DNA from: Phallusia mammillata
Taxonomy: Eukaryota
Length of the DNA: 64,000 nt
Direction: 5' to 3'
Assembly (NCBI GenBank): GCA_965637545.1
Contig: OZ281495.1
Coordinates: forward strand, 22,630,001 to 22,694,000
This document shows positions 31,913 through 42,412 of the stretch, in pieces. Every line of letters starts with the position of its first letter. The first letter of the stretch is position 1. The notes below the pieces were generated by a model that worked only from the letters and a program-made list of their open reading frames with translations, did no database searches and was not told the origin of the DNA. A program made the position numbers and the translations under genes.

Positions 31913-32353
31913 TTACTTTTTGGGTGCTAAAGGCTGTCCCTTGTCTTTCCCTCTGAGCTTAATTCCAATTGCTCTTTCAATTTTGCCCAATACTTGGTTG
32001 TTAGGAATTGCTTTTCCATTTTCATATTCATTGATGACTTGAGCTTTTTCGTTGATTTTGGTAGCCAAATCCTTCTGGGTAAGATTCTTCGCCTGTCGGC
32101 CCTTCTGAATCAATCTACCAACATCTAGAGATACCTTGTTATGATGCAGCTCCTCAGTTTCACGGTCAAGTTTAGCTGTATTTTTGCTTGTTACTGCTTT
32201 CTTGTTTGTGCCTGCTGCAAACTTTTGCCTTGTCTCTATATCATCACCACGCCTCAAGGCCGCATTGACAGCCTGACTTGATTTCGCAGCACCAGGTGCA
32301 GGTTTTGACTTACGTAGGTAAGTAACAGTGTCCCAATCAGTATTGCTTTGCAT
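31913..32353 (-). CDS. EDF1: Endothelial differentiation-related factor 1 / multiprotein bridging factor 1 (MBF1), 146 aa, intronless CDS
   Basis: Single ORF with [11 protein letters not shown]-terminus, [21 protein letters not shown], and HTH region [44 protein letters not shown]. Confidence 0.96.
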   Translation of the reverse strand: MQSNTDWDTVTYLRKSKPAPGAAKSSQAVNAALRRGDDIETRQKFAAGTNKKAVTSKNTAKLDRETEELHHNKVSLDVGRLIQKGRQAKNLTQKDLATKINEKAQVINEYENGKAIPNNQVLGKIERAIGIKLRGKDKGQPLAPKK

Positions 32354-32863
32354 TTCAGCTTTAATAGTTACACCCTAGTAGTAATTCCTGCTAATGTCAC
32401 AAAGCACAGTGATTAAACATAGAACATACATTTAAAAATCAGGTAACAAGGAAAAAAGTAAGTCTGTTTTAGTGTATCATCTGCATTTCAACACAATTAT
32501 TTAATCGAAATCAATAAAAGCAGTCGCTTGAATTAATTACTTTAAATTGCAAATATTGCACACATATTTCTTAAACTGTTGGGTATGCTTAAATGTTACC
32601 ACATAAAAGAGCAGTTACAAGAAAAGGTAACAGATTTATTTGATAATAATGTACTAGACAAGTTACTTGACACCTTTTTATAATTTAGCTGTTCAGTGTT
32701 ACCAGAATCTGGTAGTGGTACACAACAATAAATATGCAAATATAACAATGTACATGACAATATGTATGCATGTATACAAAATAAAACAGAAACTGACACC
32801 ACATTATTGAACCAGTTCTTAACCACCGTTTTTTGATCAATACTTTTTTCCTCGTTAATAAGC

Positions 32864-35215
32864 TCAGTAAGCATAGATGGAAGGAAAATGCAAAGCATCC
32901 AAACCATCATCATCTTCTGTTGTAAAATCCTCTGCTTCCCTAACCTGATTTATCCAGTTTCTTGTGATGACACAGGGATCAGGTGGCCTTTCAGCCATTA
33001 GCTGCTCAAATGGCACACTCTTAATATGTTCTGCAACTTTACTGTTTATTTCAATCTGTTCTTTTCTTGATATTGGCGGCTTGTTCAAAAGCTGCTTAAA
33101 ATATTGGTAAGTAATAGCTTCAACAGGCTTAACACCAACTGCAGTCATTGATGGTGCTTCTTTATTAATAGGAAATTCAATATTGATTGACTCAATATCT
33201 ACTGGCCCACGATGGCCATCTGCACTTACAGTGTCTATTTGATAGCTAGCCAGGGGTTGACTTAGTTTTTCCACGTTAAAACCACCCCTGCCCCTTAAGG
33301 AATCAGATATCAATGTACTAGAGAACACAATCTTTGACAATGAACTAGAATCCAGCAATGTATTGTTCAACCTTTTGCGCCCGGGTGTGAAACTTGGCAT
33401 GATTTGAGGTGCGACAGAGTTTCTTTCCAACATTACTTGGTTGGCATAGTGCTGAAATTCAGGCACAGCTGACAAATGTGCAAGCACCAAAATGCATGCA
33501 GCTGTTGAGGACAAAAGCTGCATTGTTTGTTGATTACTGTCTACCTGAAAGCTTTCTCCGCTGTTTTCCACTACTGAATTTTGAGCAGCTAGAACAATGC
33601 GACACAACTCCAAAATAACATCAGCTGACATAACTGATAAGCACAACACAGACACCAATTTGTACAAAGCTTGAAAATTGTCTGTTGAGTTATCTTCAAG
33701 AGTAAAGCATTCATAAAGCCACAAATATATGCTATGTAGTCTTTGGTCCAAAAATTCACAGTCTTGCTTACTTGCAGTCGATGACACCAAACCAAGTTGG
33801 TCAATATCAGACTCTGAGTTTACCAACTTTAACTTTGTTCTGTTATTATTCTTGTCCAACAAAACAAGTAATACATTTTGTGCAATTAATCTGTCATTTG
33901 GACCAACATTCAGGGTGATTTTAAGTAGAGGCTCTAACAAGCTGGATGATAAAGAAGATAAGGTATTTATTCTGTAAGTCTTTGAAATTTGTTGAATACA
34001 CTGCAACAACAAACTGGAATAGTTCAAGTCAGCAGTTGTTGCTTCTCTTAAATCATGGTCAGATATAGCTTCAAGTGCTCTGTTAATATAAAACGACATC
34101 GCTTCAAGTTTTTGGTAGTCTGGAACCACACTGGACAGAACACCAGTTGTTTCGATTAGAGCAGTTTGAAATGTTTTTTGATTAGTAGATTCTGCTGAAA
34201 TTCTTAGATGTTGTGACAGTCTGTTAAACACATCAATTACAGATGGCCCAATAGCTGTGGATGCTGGAATAGGGACAATTGCGCACAAAACTTTAAGTAT
34301 GCTTGCCCTAATTGGCTGGTCATTATTGTCATGTGTGTCAATGTGATCCAGCAGAAGTTTGACAATTACATGGCTGTATTGACCTTGTATGGAGTACATG
34401 ATGATTTTAAAGGACTTAATGGCAAATGAATTGTCAGGTGCCCAAAGCTCATGATTATCCATGTGCGCTAAAGCAGGATAAATAGCTGCAGAAACATTGG
34501 AGAAAGCTGCTCTTGAAAGTAATTCACGAAGCGATTCTTCAGCTAAGGTTGAAGGTTGTTCAACATCAGAAGCCGCATCTGAAGGATTTTTTTCTTGACT
34601 GTTTTGCATACTGTAAAGCAATGATGGGATAATCTTGTCCATGTGCTGTTTCTCCCATATGTTCACTTGTAACTCATCACTGACTGTTTTGCGTATTACA
34701 CCTCTCAGACCATGAACACCATGAAGCTGTATTTTTCTTCGAATTGAAAGATTTTCTTCGTTGCTGTGGCACATTGCACTAAACTTAGACACAAAAAAGT
34801 CGTATCTTCTATGATATGAAGCAGTGTCTTCTTCAATTTTAGAAAACTTCTCAAATGAGTTTGTTCCAAGTGCTTGAAAATTGTAGTTGTCAGACTCTAA
34901 CAGTGTTGCAACCATTTTTAAAAAGCTTTCAACAAACAAATTTATTTGCTGAGCATGGCATGCCAAAAGTAGTTGATTAAGGGCTTCCATTGCCACAAAC
35001 ACTGATTGGTCTCTTTTCCTTGCAATATCTCTTGTCAATCGCCTAGCAAGATAATCCCCAATCCTGTCCAATTTCTCTGGTGCAGAAACAGCATAGTAGG
35101 TCAACTTTTCCATTTCACTGCGAACCAACCCTTCTGATTGTACTGATGGAAAGATATTGTCCACAAGGCGCTTATACCGCGGCCGAAATGCTGGGCAACA
35201 GGAGCAACTTGCCAT
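32864..35215 (-). CDS. EFR3: EFR3 homolog (plasma-membrane scaffold of the PI4KA complex), 783 aa, intronless CDS
   Basis: Start placed at MASCSCCPAFRPRYKRLVDNIFP (Cys-cluster palmitoylation N-terminus; ATG at 35215). Continues EMEKLTYYAVSAPEKLDRIGDYL, LLLACHAQQINLFVESFLKMV and YHRRYDFFVSKF; ends FPSIYAY, similar to the EFR3 C-terminal tail. Confidence 0.95.
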   Translation of the reverse strand: MASCSCCPAFRPRYKRLVDNIFPSVQSEGLVRSEMEKLTYYAVSAPEKLDRIGDYLARRLTRDIARKRDQSVFVAMEALNQLLLACHAQQINLFVESFLKMVATLLESDNYNFQALGTNSFEKFSKIEEDTASYHRRYDFFVSKFSAMCHSNEENLSIRRKIQLHGVHGLRGVIRKTVSDELQVNIWEKQHMDKIIPSLLYSMQNSQEKNPSDAASDVEQPSTLAEESLRELLSRAAFSNVSAAIYPALAHMDNHELWAPDNSFAIKSFKIIMYSIQGQYSHVIVKLLLDHIDTHDNNDQPIRASILKVLCAIVPIPASTAIGPSVIDVFNRLSQHLRISAESTNQKTFQTALIETTGVLSSVVPDYQKLEAMSFYINRALEAISDHDLREATTADLNYSSLLLQCIQQISKTYRINTLSSLSSSLLEPLLKITLNVGPNDRLIAQNVLLVLLDKNNNRTKLKLVNSESDIDQLGLVSSTASKQDCEFLDQRLHSIYLWLYECFTLEDNSTDNFQALYKLVSVLCLSVMSADVILELCRIVLAAQNSVVENSGESFQVDSNQQTMQLLSSTAACILVLAHLSAVPEFQHYANQVMLERNSVAPQIMPSFTPGRKRLNNTLLDSSSLSKIVFSSTLISDSLRGRGGFNVEKLSQPLASYQIDTVSADGHRGPVDIESINIEFPINKEAPSMTAVGVKPVEAITYQYFKQLLNKPPISRKEQIEINSKVAEHIKSVPFEQLMAERPPDPCVITRNWINQVREAEDFTTEDDDGLDALHFPSIYAY

Positions 35216-35539
35216 GTTTAACGAAAATATCACAACTTCATTAACATACACATGGATGCTGCAATAATGTAACATCTGGCGGTTTACACATAAAACTAAC
35301 ACATGTTTATGCAATTTAATGTGTTAAATAATTAGCACACATTCAAAGGTTTTGATTGCATACATAATGTTGTGTTTGCATAAAAATGTACATGTATGAC
35401 AACACATGTATGTCACACAAAAATATAGCATGCATATTAAACACAAGTTTTTTAAATGTGGCTGGCTTGTTGTTTTTAAATACAGTAAACATTAATACTT
35501 ACTAATACAAACCCGCTGTACCAAAAAAAATGTTCAGAT

Positions 35540-35747
35540 CAGCGATTCTCAACCGCCGCTCTCAGGGCCGCATGCAGCTCCCAACTACTTATTTTGTGGC
35601 TCGCACCACACCTCAGAAAACCACCAAAGATTGCTGTTTTAGCTCAAGGTAACACTCTTTTGTGATTTTCTGAGGTCTCATTTTATTGCGGCTCCTTACA
35701 CACTTAAAAAACTACCATTTGGCAACAAAAAAATTTGAGAACCACTG
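35540..35747. mobile_element. hAT-like MITE, family M4 (cagcgattctcaa...ttgagaaccactg)
   Basis: TIRs, TSD gttcagat/gtccagat (7/8); second copy at 56107. Confidence 0.85.
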
Positions 35748-35809
35748 GTCCAGATTAACCGATGTCTATTAGTGTAAGCCTTACCACAATACAATGCATT
35801 TGTACCTCA

Positions 35810-35873
35810 CATTTTGTCCGAGTTAGGTTAGGATCCAGATTAAACGAATCGGGTTTAACCAAGGTCTACTGTA
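35810..35873. mobile_element. Fragment of the Tc1/mariner-pogo-like MITE family seen at 27980
   Basis: Terminal gggtttaaccaaggtctactgta and shared ttttgtccgagttagg. Confidence 0.35.
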
Positions 35874-36449
35874 AAACTAAACTTTAATCATGCAAATTTT
35901 GGGTTGTTTACCTCTATAACGTTAACACCTGGGATGCTTGGTGCATTGTTATTGTTACCACTACTAAAGGCACATCTCACTTTGTGTAACATTATACTGC
36001 TTGGAAATCTTAGTGCCCCCTCTTGCCCCTACGTGGCGGCGCCCATGATTGCATGGTGTACCTTCATATCACTTAAACACCATTTTATTACTTTGTGCAG
36101 TTTTATATTCTTTGCTGCACCTTTAAATCAATTGGCAGACCTTAAAATCATTTAGTACGGTAATAGTGCAGTAAACAATCCAAACAAATAGCAATCACAA
36201 ATACATTTCATAAAATACTCAAAACACAATTTTGTTGTGCAATACTGTTCAAAAAATGACACAAGTAATACTTAGTTGTCAATACTATGTGTTAGTTCAT
36301 TCATATATTTATGTAACTCTTTTAAATTGCAATGCTTTGTTTAGGTTAAAATCACTCAACAAAACAGCACTTTGTAACAGTTCAGGTTTTCAATTATTTC
36401 ATAATCTGTTTCTGTTATTTTGGTTAGATCATAGATGACATGATTCAAT

Positions 36450-37190
36450 AACGGTGCGTACTGCTTACAATTTAAAAAAATGTAAATGTTTTTTGATTAA
36501 ATTTAAAGCAGTTTGAAGTATACTACAATGTTGCAAAATGCAAATAGCAACGTCACAGCTATTGGTTAACACTAACATCAAAACTCCACAGTTTCTCACA
36601 TTGTTGCAAAACAACGGTACTGAGCAGGAATGAAACGTCGTTTATTTTTGTTCTCTACCTTACCAATACCATCCATGTAATGATTACGTACGTTTATTCC
36701 CGCTCAAATTTTGTCATTGTAAGCTATTACTTTGGCAGTCATTCACTTAAAACGACAGCACAGGGCTATACTTATATTATCGTTTTATTCTGTGTGATTT
36801 GCCAAACTTAATTTAAGATTCGCAACATTGTTACAAAGCGATTCATCACGTCCAAAATCAGAAAACCATTAGTCACGTGACTATGTAACGGGCATTAGTT
36901 TCTCTTGCAGTTTGCAACTTGGAAATCGTATTTACAGTTAGCGCACAGCATAATTACTAATAGCATAGTCGGTAAGCTATTTTTAACCTAAATAAACAAT
37001 GCTTGATAACCTGAGAATTATTTCACTGTGTTTGTTTCGACTTTGGCAGTCACAATAAATTTTAAAAAATGATATCTTGTCACGCTTTAGTGGGTTTACG
37101 TCATGATTTAGTTATGCACCACCGAACGTAAGAAGACATGCTGTTTTTAACATTAAAAAAAGTAAGATTCATAGTTTTCTGTCGAACATA
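36450..37190. promoter_or_regulatory. Putative bidirectional promoter for the EFR3 cluster (-) and DGCR8 (+)
   Basis: CpG-retaining island between CpG-depleted gene bodies. Palindromic E-box gtcacgtgac at 36872-36881 and CRE-like ttacgtca at 37096-37103. Outward-facing donors GTAAGG (-, 36663) and GTAAGC (+, 36972). Confidence 0.55.
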
Positions 37191-37943
37191 GGCAGAAGGT
37201 AAAAAAGTGGTTAAACTGCTAGTTAATTGTATTTTGTATGTTCAGTGTAACTGTAAGATTAGTGCTTACTATTACTTGTTGTGTGTAAAATCATTTTGCT
37301 GTAAAAATCAGCTGGAACACAAGAAAAGTTGTTTGTTTGTTAACATCAACCATATAGCTTTTGGTGCTGCCTTCTTATAGTTGTTTTTCTGATTTGTTAC
37401 AAAAGAAACAGAATACATCTTAAAAGCAGCAGCACCATGAGCAAATATACCACTGCGTCAAACAGTATTTGTCAACTGATTCCATTAAAATTGGTCGGTG
37501 TGGTGGAAAACAATATATAGGGTTGACATGCTTTTGATTCCAGCCACTAGGTTAATCATGTTGGCTCAGTGGCATGGAGTTGCAAGGCATGGTTAATCCA
37601 CACGCATTAATGTAATGTACTATTGAGATGTTACATAAAATGAAGTTTTGTTTAATGTTTTAATTTATTGTGATAACATTGAAGAGGATTTTTTGTGTTA
37701 TTATGTTGCAAATATTTTGAGAAATCAATAGTATGTACATTGTACATGCTATAATTGGGTGGCTGGTTGGTGTAAAAGCAACTTCATACCAGATTAAAGT
37801 AACAGTTTTTGTCAGTAATAAGTTTAAAGACTTCGACAGAACTCTTGTAACAACCAATAGCAGTTCAAGCATATCTTATGAAAAATAACGTATGTTTAAG
37901 TGGTTGCATTTAGTTTTTTAGAAGTTTTCATACAGCATAAAAC

Positions 37944-40900
37944 ATGTCAGAAGTGGATATGGATGTAAAGCTCAAAGTAGGTGATGAAAATTCACAATCA
38001 AAACAGATGGAAACAGATTCCCAAAAATGTCAAGACAACTCAGCTGATGAATATTCATATGAGGAAGAAGAACAACCACCTGATGAAGATGAACAGAGTG
38101 GGATAACTTACATTTTTGTTAAAATCCATTATACATTACCCTTTGCCAGCGGTGGACATAGGCGTCGATTCCTGGGGTGGCAGGGGTGGCGTGCCTCCCT
38201 ACTAAAAATCTCTGGGGTGGCAGCCATTATAAAATAGCTATGCTGCCACCCCAGAAATTGCTTGGCCGTATTTATATTCGTGCATTACAGATATGCGTTT
38301 ATTTCATTTACATGCGCTCTTTATATTTCGAGCATGTAAAAAGCAAGCTCCGTGAAATCTCTTTTGTTTTTAAACAATGCATGGTGAAAACCAATTTTGC
38401 GCTACTCGCTTTAGTGATTTTCGTCAAGTTTGCTTCTCCAGAGCAAGTCTGAACAAGACGTAACAATGGCAAAATTTTACGTTTTTATGTGCTCTAGATG
38501 TTAATTAGCAGTTGGGGATTATATTGTAACATAGAGTGTTCCATTTCTATGCACGGAAAATTTAATTGCAGCGGCCACCCATGTGCGCAAATTTCGTGTC
38601 AAAACTGCAATGCCGATTCAATACCTTTGCAAAATTGAACATGTAAAATTAATTTACAGATCTCTGCTTATGTATCACATGTCACGTTGCGTTTTCTACG
38701 TTATGTTACCTTTTGAATTTTGAACCACACTACTTGGGATAAAAAACGCTACTCAGCATGAGATACACTTTTTCTGCCACTAACCAGTACGCCGCTGTGA
38801 TTACATCACTATCGCATTGTGACATCATAATTACACAACTAGACTGACGATTTGTGACGTGACTTTCATAGTTGTTACGCCCAAGTTAAGCAAGATTGCG
38901 TACAGAGTAATATACGTGTTTTTATCCTGCCAATATCCGCGAAATGCCATCTACAAACCTTAACGTGTATCATAGTGTGTTTTGATCACGTAAGGAACTA
39001 CCTGACAAAATTTTGCCACCCCACAAGCGAAAATTTATGCTAAAAAATCGACGCCTATGGAGGTGGAATTCAATTTTTTTGTCAGCCGGTTCTATCACAA
39101 AAGTCATATTTTTCAGCCGGTTCTGATACAAAAAGTCCATTGACAGTAACTAGTAATGCTAACCGGTTCGCTGATCTCTTAAAGTTTCATAAGACGGTTG
39201 TATAGAACCGGTGCAAACCGGCTGAATCCCACCACTGCCCTTTGCTATGTGATACAGAGAAAAATATTTTAAAAAACTGCTGTTTCAACAGCTTAACAGT
39301 TTTAGTATGTTTAATTTTTGCAGAAACTTCTCAAGATGATTTAAATGGGGATCAACAAAGTTCAAAGGTATACTGAACTACTGATATTGCCATGTAAAAA
39401 ATAGCATGTGGTTGTAAATTACTGTAAAATATCTGTTTTATATTTTCAGAATTCGGAAGCAGATGTCACAGAACCAGTTAGATATTACACCAAGAGAAAA
39501 CTAAAGGTTTTAGCATTTGTTTTTATTGTACACCACATAGACTGGAGGTTATGTAATTGTAGATATTATTTGTTTTGTCTTATACAACCCACAAAACCAG
39601 ACCAAGTCCCCAAAATAAATTAAGTCAGTAAACAAAGTCTAATTAGACAAAAAATGGTACATTTCATGATTTGTATTACAAAACCATAATTAGCAAATTT
39701 GCACATTTTGGAACCCTATGTGTTTTAAGTACAAGGTGATAAACATGTATTTTTCACATAGGTCACATGTGAAACAACAAAATGGCACCCTTTTTGCTTT
39801 CTAGTTATTAAAATTTTACACAAAACTCTTGTTTTAGTATCAAACCCCTGTTTCATCCTTGGAACCTTTGCCCGAAGGATGGGTTAACATACCCCACTGT
39901 AGTGGCATTCCTTTTTATTTGCACAAACAAAGCAAAGTTGTTACATGGTCACGTCCATATGTTGTCAGCATGAGTGGAATTCGGGTAAGAAAAGCCAAAT
40001 ATGTTTGGCCAACTATCCAAAAATTTGTGTTTTTTTCCTATTTCACAGAGACACAATCCACCATTGGCAAGTTTTCCTTGTTTGGAAAGTCTGAATAATA
40101 GAGTGAAATTTGAAAAGGAGGTTATTAAAACAAAAAGTTCAGATAACCCGAACCCATCTGCATCAGAAGATAAGGAAGTACCAAGCAATACAACAGTGAA
40201 TGGAGCTTCTGATGACACCACCGATGATGAAAATAAAACTCCAGAGAACCAAAAGCTAGATGAAACTGTCCCAAAAGTATTTCTTCACAAATGCCAAAAT
40301 GAACACTTGGGTATGCTTTACCTTCACCACTTTGTGGTAATTACCTTAGTTTGACCAATTTTTATCTGAATTTAAGATGAAAAAGAGTTGATTGATTATC
40401 TTGACAAACGGTTTGTATTTGATACTGTCGAAGTCCCACTCTTTAATAAATGGTCTGATAAGCGAAGGTACACTCGACAAAAAAAGCAAGAAGCCAATAT
40501 GTCCATACAAGATAACCAATCTGAACCTAAGAAGGTACAAATAAAACTTTGTTGGCAGATCACAGTTCGTAAACAAAAATTTTGTGTCAATTTGTTTAGC
40601 TTGGACCTGCAAAGGTTATAACGTTGTCCGTGCCAAGAGAAGGTGGAAGTGAAAGACCTCATAGTAAGATGAGTTTGTACAGAGGCTTCAACTGTGGTTG
40701 CATGTATAGCCTCTATTTTTTTAAACAGAAAGTGTGCTAAACTAACAAGAAAGTGTCCATTTATATGACCTTTCCAATGTCTTGTACCTTGTTACAGAGG
40801 TTGTGTTCAACACAAGTATTAAACCAATGGTGTGTGTAATGCATGAATATGCGCAAAGTGTGCTGCGAACTCAGCCTCACTATGTCTTTGCAACAAAAGG

Positions 40901-42412
40901 TAAGACGTTGTTACCTTTATTCCAGAATAATGACAAAGCATCAGTACATAAATAGTATCAAGGATCTTCACTATGTGTTGATTATTTCTTTACAGAGGAT
41001 TCAAGTGAGCCTTTTCAGGCCACTGTAATGATCGAGAACAAAGAATATGGCAGAGCATCGGGAATTAACAAGAAATCTGCCAAAAACAAAGCAGCACTTG
41101 CCACCATGGAGATTTTAGTACCAGGTTTTAAGGTTGGTAAGCATCATTACGTCCTTGTTAAAGATGCTGTGCTTAACAACACACCTAAATAAGCTCTCAG
41201 TTTGTTGGTAGGTCTTGCTTAAACGCTAAATCAAACATTTAAATGTTAAATCTATTGTTATTGTTTTTCCTGCAGGAACAGGTGGACAATTTGTCAGGTG
41301 AAACTTCTGTGGAATATTTCAATGACGTTTCAGTTACAGATCCCCGTGTATATGATCTTTGTGTGCACGCTGGAAATTACCTACCTTATCAACTGCTAAC
41401 GGAGTGTCTAAAACGGTACCTTGACAATTAAATCCTATGTTGTTGAGCAACATGCAGCAAAACATTGTCTTATTTCCTAGAAACCAAGGAATAGCTGACA
41501 CTAGTGTTCATTTTGATGTGCAAATTGGTAAAGGCAAAAACATTGAATACAAAATGGAATGTGGAAAGCATGTGGTGAATGTATGTACAGGTGTGTTTGT
41601 ATTCTACCGATTGTCGGTGTGTTACGTTTTGTGCATCACCTTACTTACAGGGAACCGCCAAAAACAAAAAAATCGGAAAACAGATGGCTGCACAGCAGAT
41701 CCTCCAGTTACTTCATCCAAAGGTGACATATGAAGGTTAACACATTAAAAATTAAAACTATTACGCATTTTTTCCAATGCACCAATGTCTATTTTCTAAC
41801 AAACTTACGCATTTCGCTGTGAATTAAACATTCTTGTGTAAAAAGGCAGTTTTATTTTTATGATTTTGTATTAATACCATTAAAATTTGCGTGATTCGGA
41901 GTAATACATCACGAAGTATCTTTATTAGAAGAATAGCTGAGGATCTTTCAAAACAATCCACCAAAGGTTTTCGTGAATCTAAATGTCAAAGTTTGAGTCA
42001 TGTTACTTTGTGCACGCGACAGGTTTCATCGTGGGGCGAGTTAATACGGATGTACGGAACCTCCGTCGCCGAGAAACGCGCAAAGAAGAAAAACATCGAA
42101 CAGGAAATATTTGAACTGAAGCAACGACGCTCTACGGTCGCTGACAGTTCATTGGATGACAGCAGCGCTTTTACCCCAAAGGTGGATGACAGCAACGCAA
42201 CTCCCCGGACATCCGGAAAAGGGCGTGAGACGCGGGAAACACCCGGACCGAATCCTGAACTATTAGCCAAGTTACGCAAAATGATGGAGGACCTAGGAGA
42301 AGCGCGTCACCCAGAAGTAAATGTGGATAGAAGCAAGAAGGATAACGCGGAAGGTGAAAATGAGCAGGAGCCAGATAAAAAGAGAAGAAAACTTTTGCTT
42401 ATTGATGTTTGA
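37944..42412 (+). CDS. DGCR8: Microprocessor subunit DGCR8/Pasha (~608 aa): WW/Rhed, two dsRBDs, C-terminal Drosha-binding helix
   Basis: 13 exons: 37944-38097 (weak GTGGGA donor, least certain), 39324-39367, 39450-39506, 39838-39984 (EPLPEGW..HCSGIPFYLH..VVTWSRPY), 40049-40310 (HNPPLASFPCL), 40377-40534, 40600-40663, 40798-40899 (VCVMHEYAQ), 40996-41132 (KKSAKNKAALATMEIL), 41276-41415, 41481-41580, 41651-41722 (KQMAAQQILQLLHP), 42023-42412 (SWGELIRMYG, PNPELLAKL). Sum 1827 nt, in frame. Confidence 0.92.
38147..39237. mobile_element. hAT-like MITE, family M1, interrupted by a nested element (DGCR8 intron 1)
   Basis: Exact TSD ccctttgc at 38139-38146 and 39238-39245; the left TIR is split by the nested insertion. 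Confidence 0.88.
38157..39059. mobile_element. 903-bp nested TIR element, family M7 (cataggcgtcgatt...aatcgacgcctatg)
   Basis: Perfect 14-bp TIR, TSD gcggtgga/gaggtgga (7/8), subterminal ggggtggca repeats at both ends. Confidence 0.88.

Noticed and set aside
35216-35314. 33-aa N-terminal extension in the 816-aa EFR3 ORF
   Set aside because: EFR3 proteins start at the Cys-rich palmitoylated motif. The extension overlaps a likely acceptor (ccgccag at 35276) and looks like UTR or intron.
37628-37680. Possible Drosha-type autoregulatory hairpin upstream of the DGCR8 ATG
   Set aside because: Pairing is AT-rich and imperfect, as expected by chance, and cannot be supported without folding and small-RNA data.
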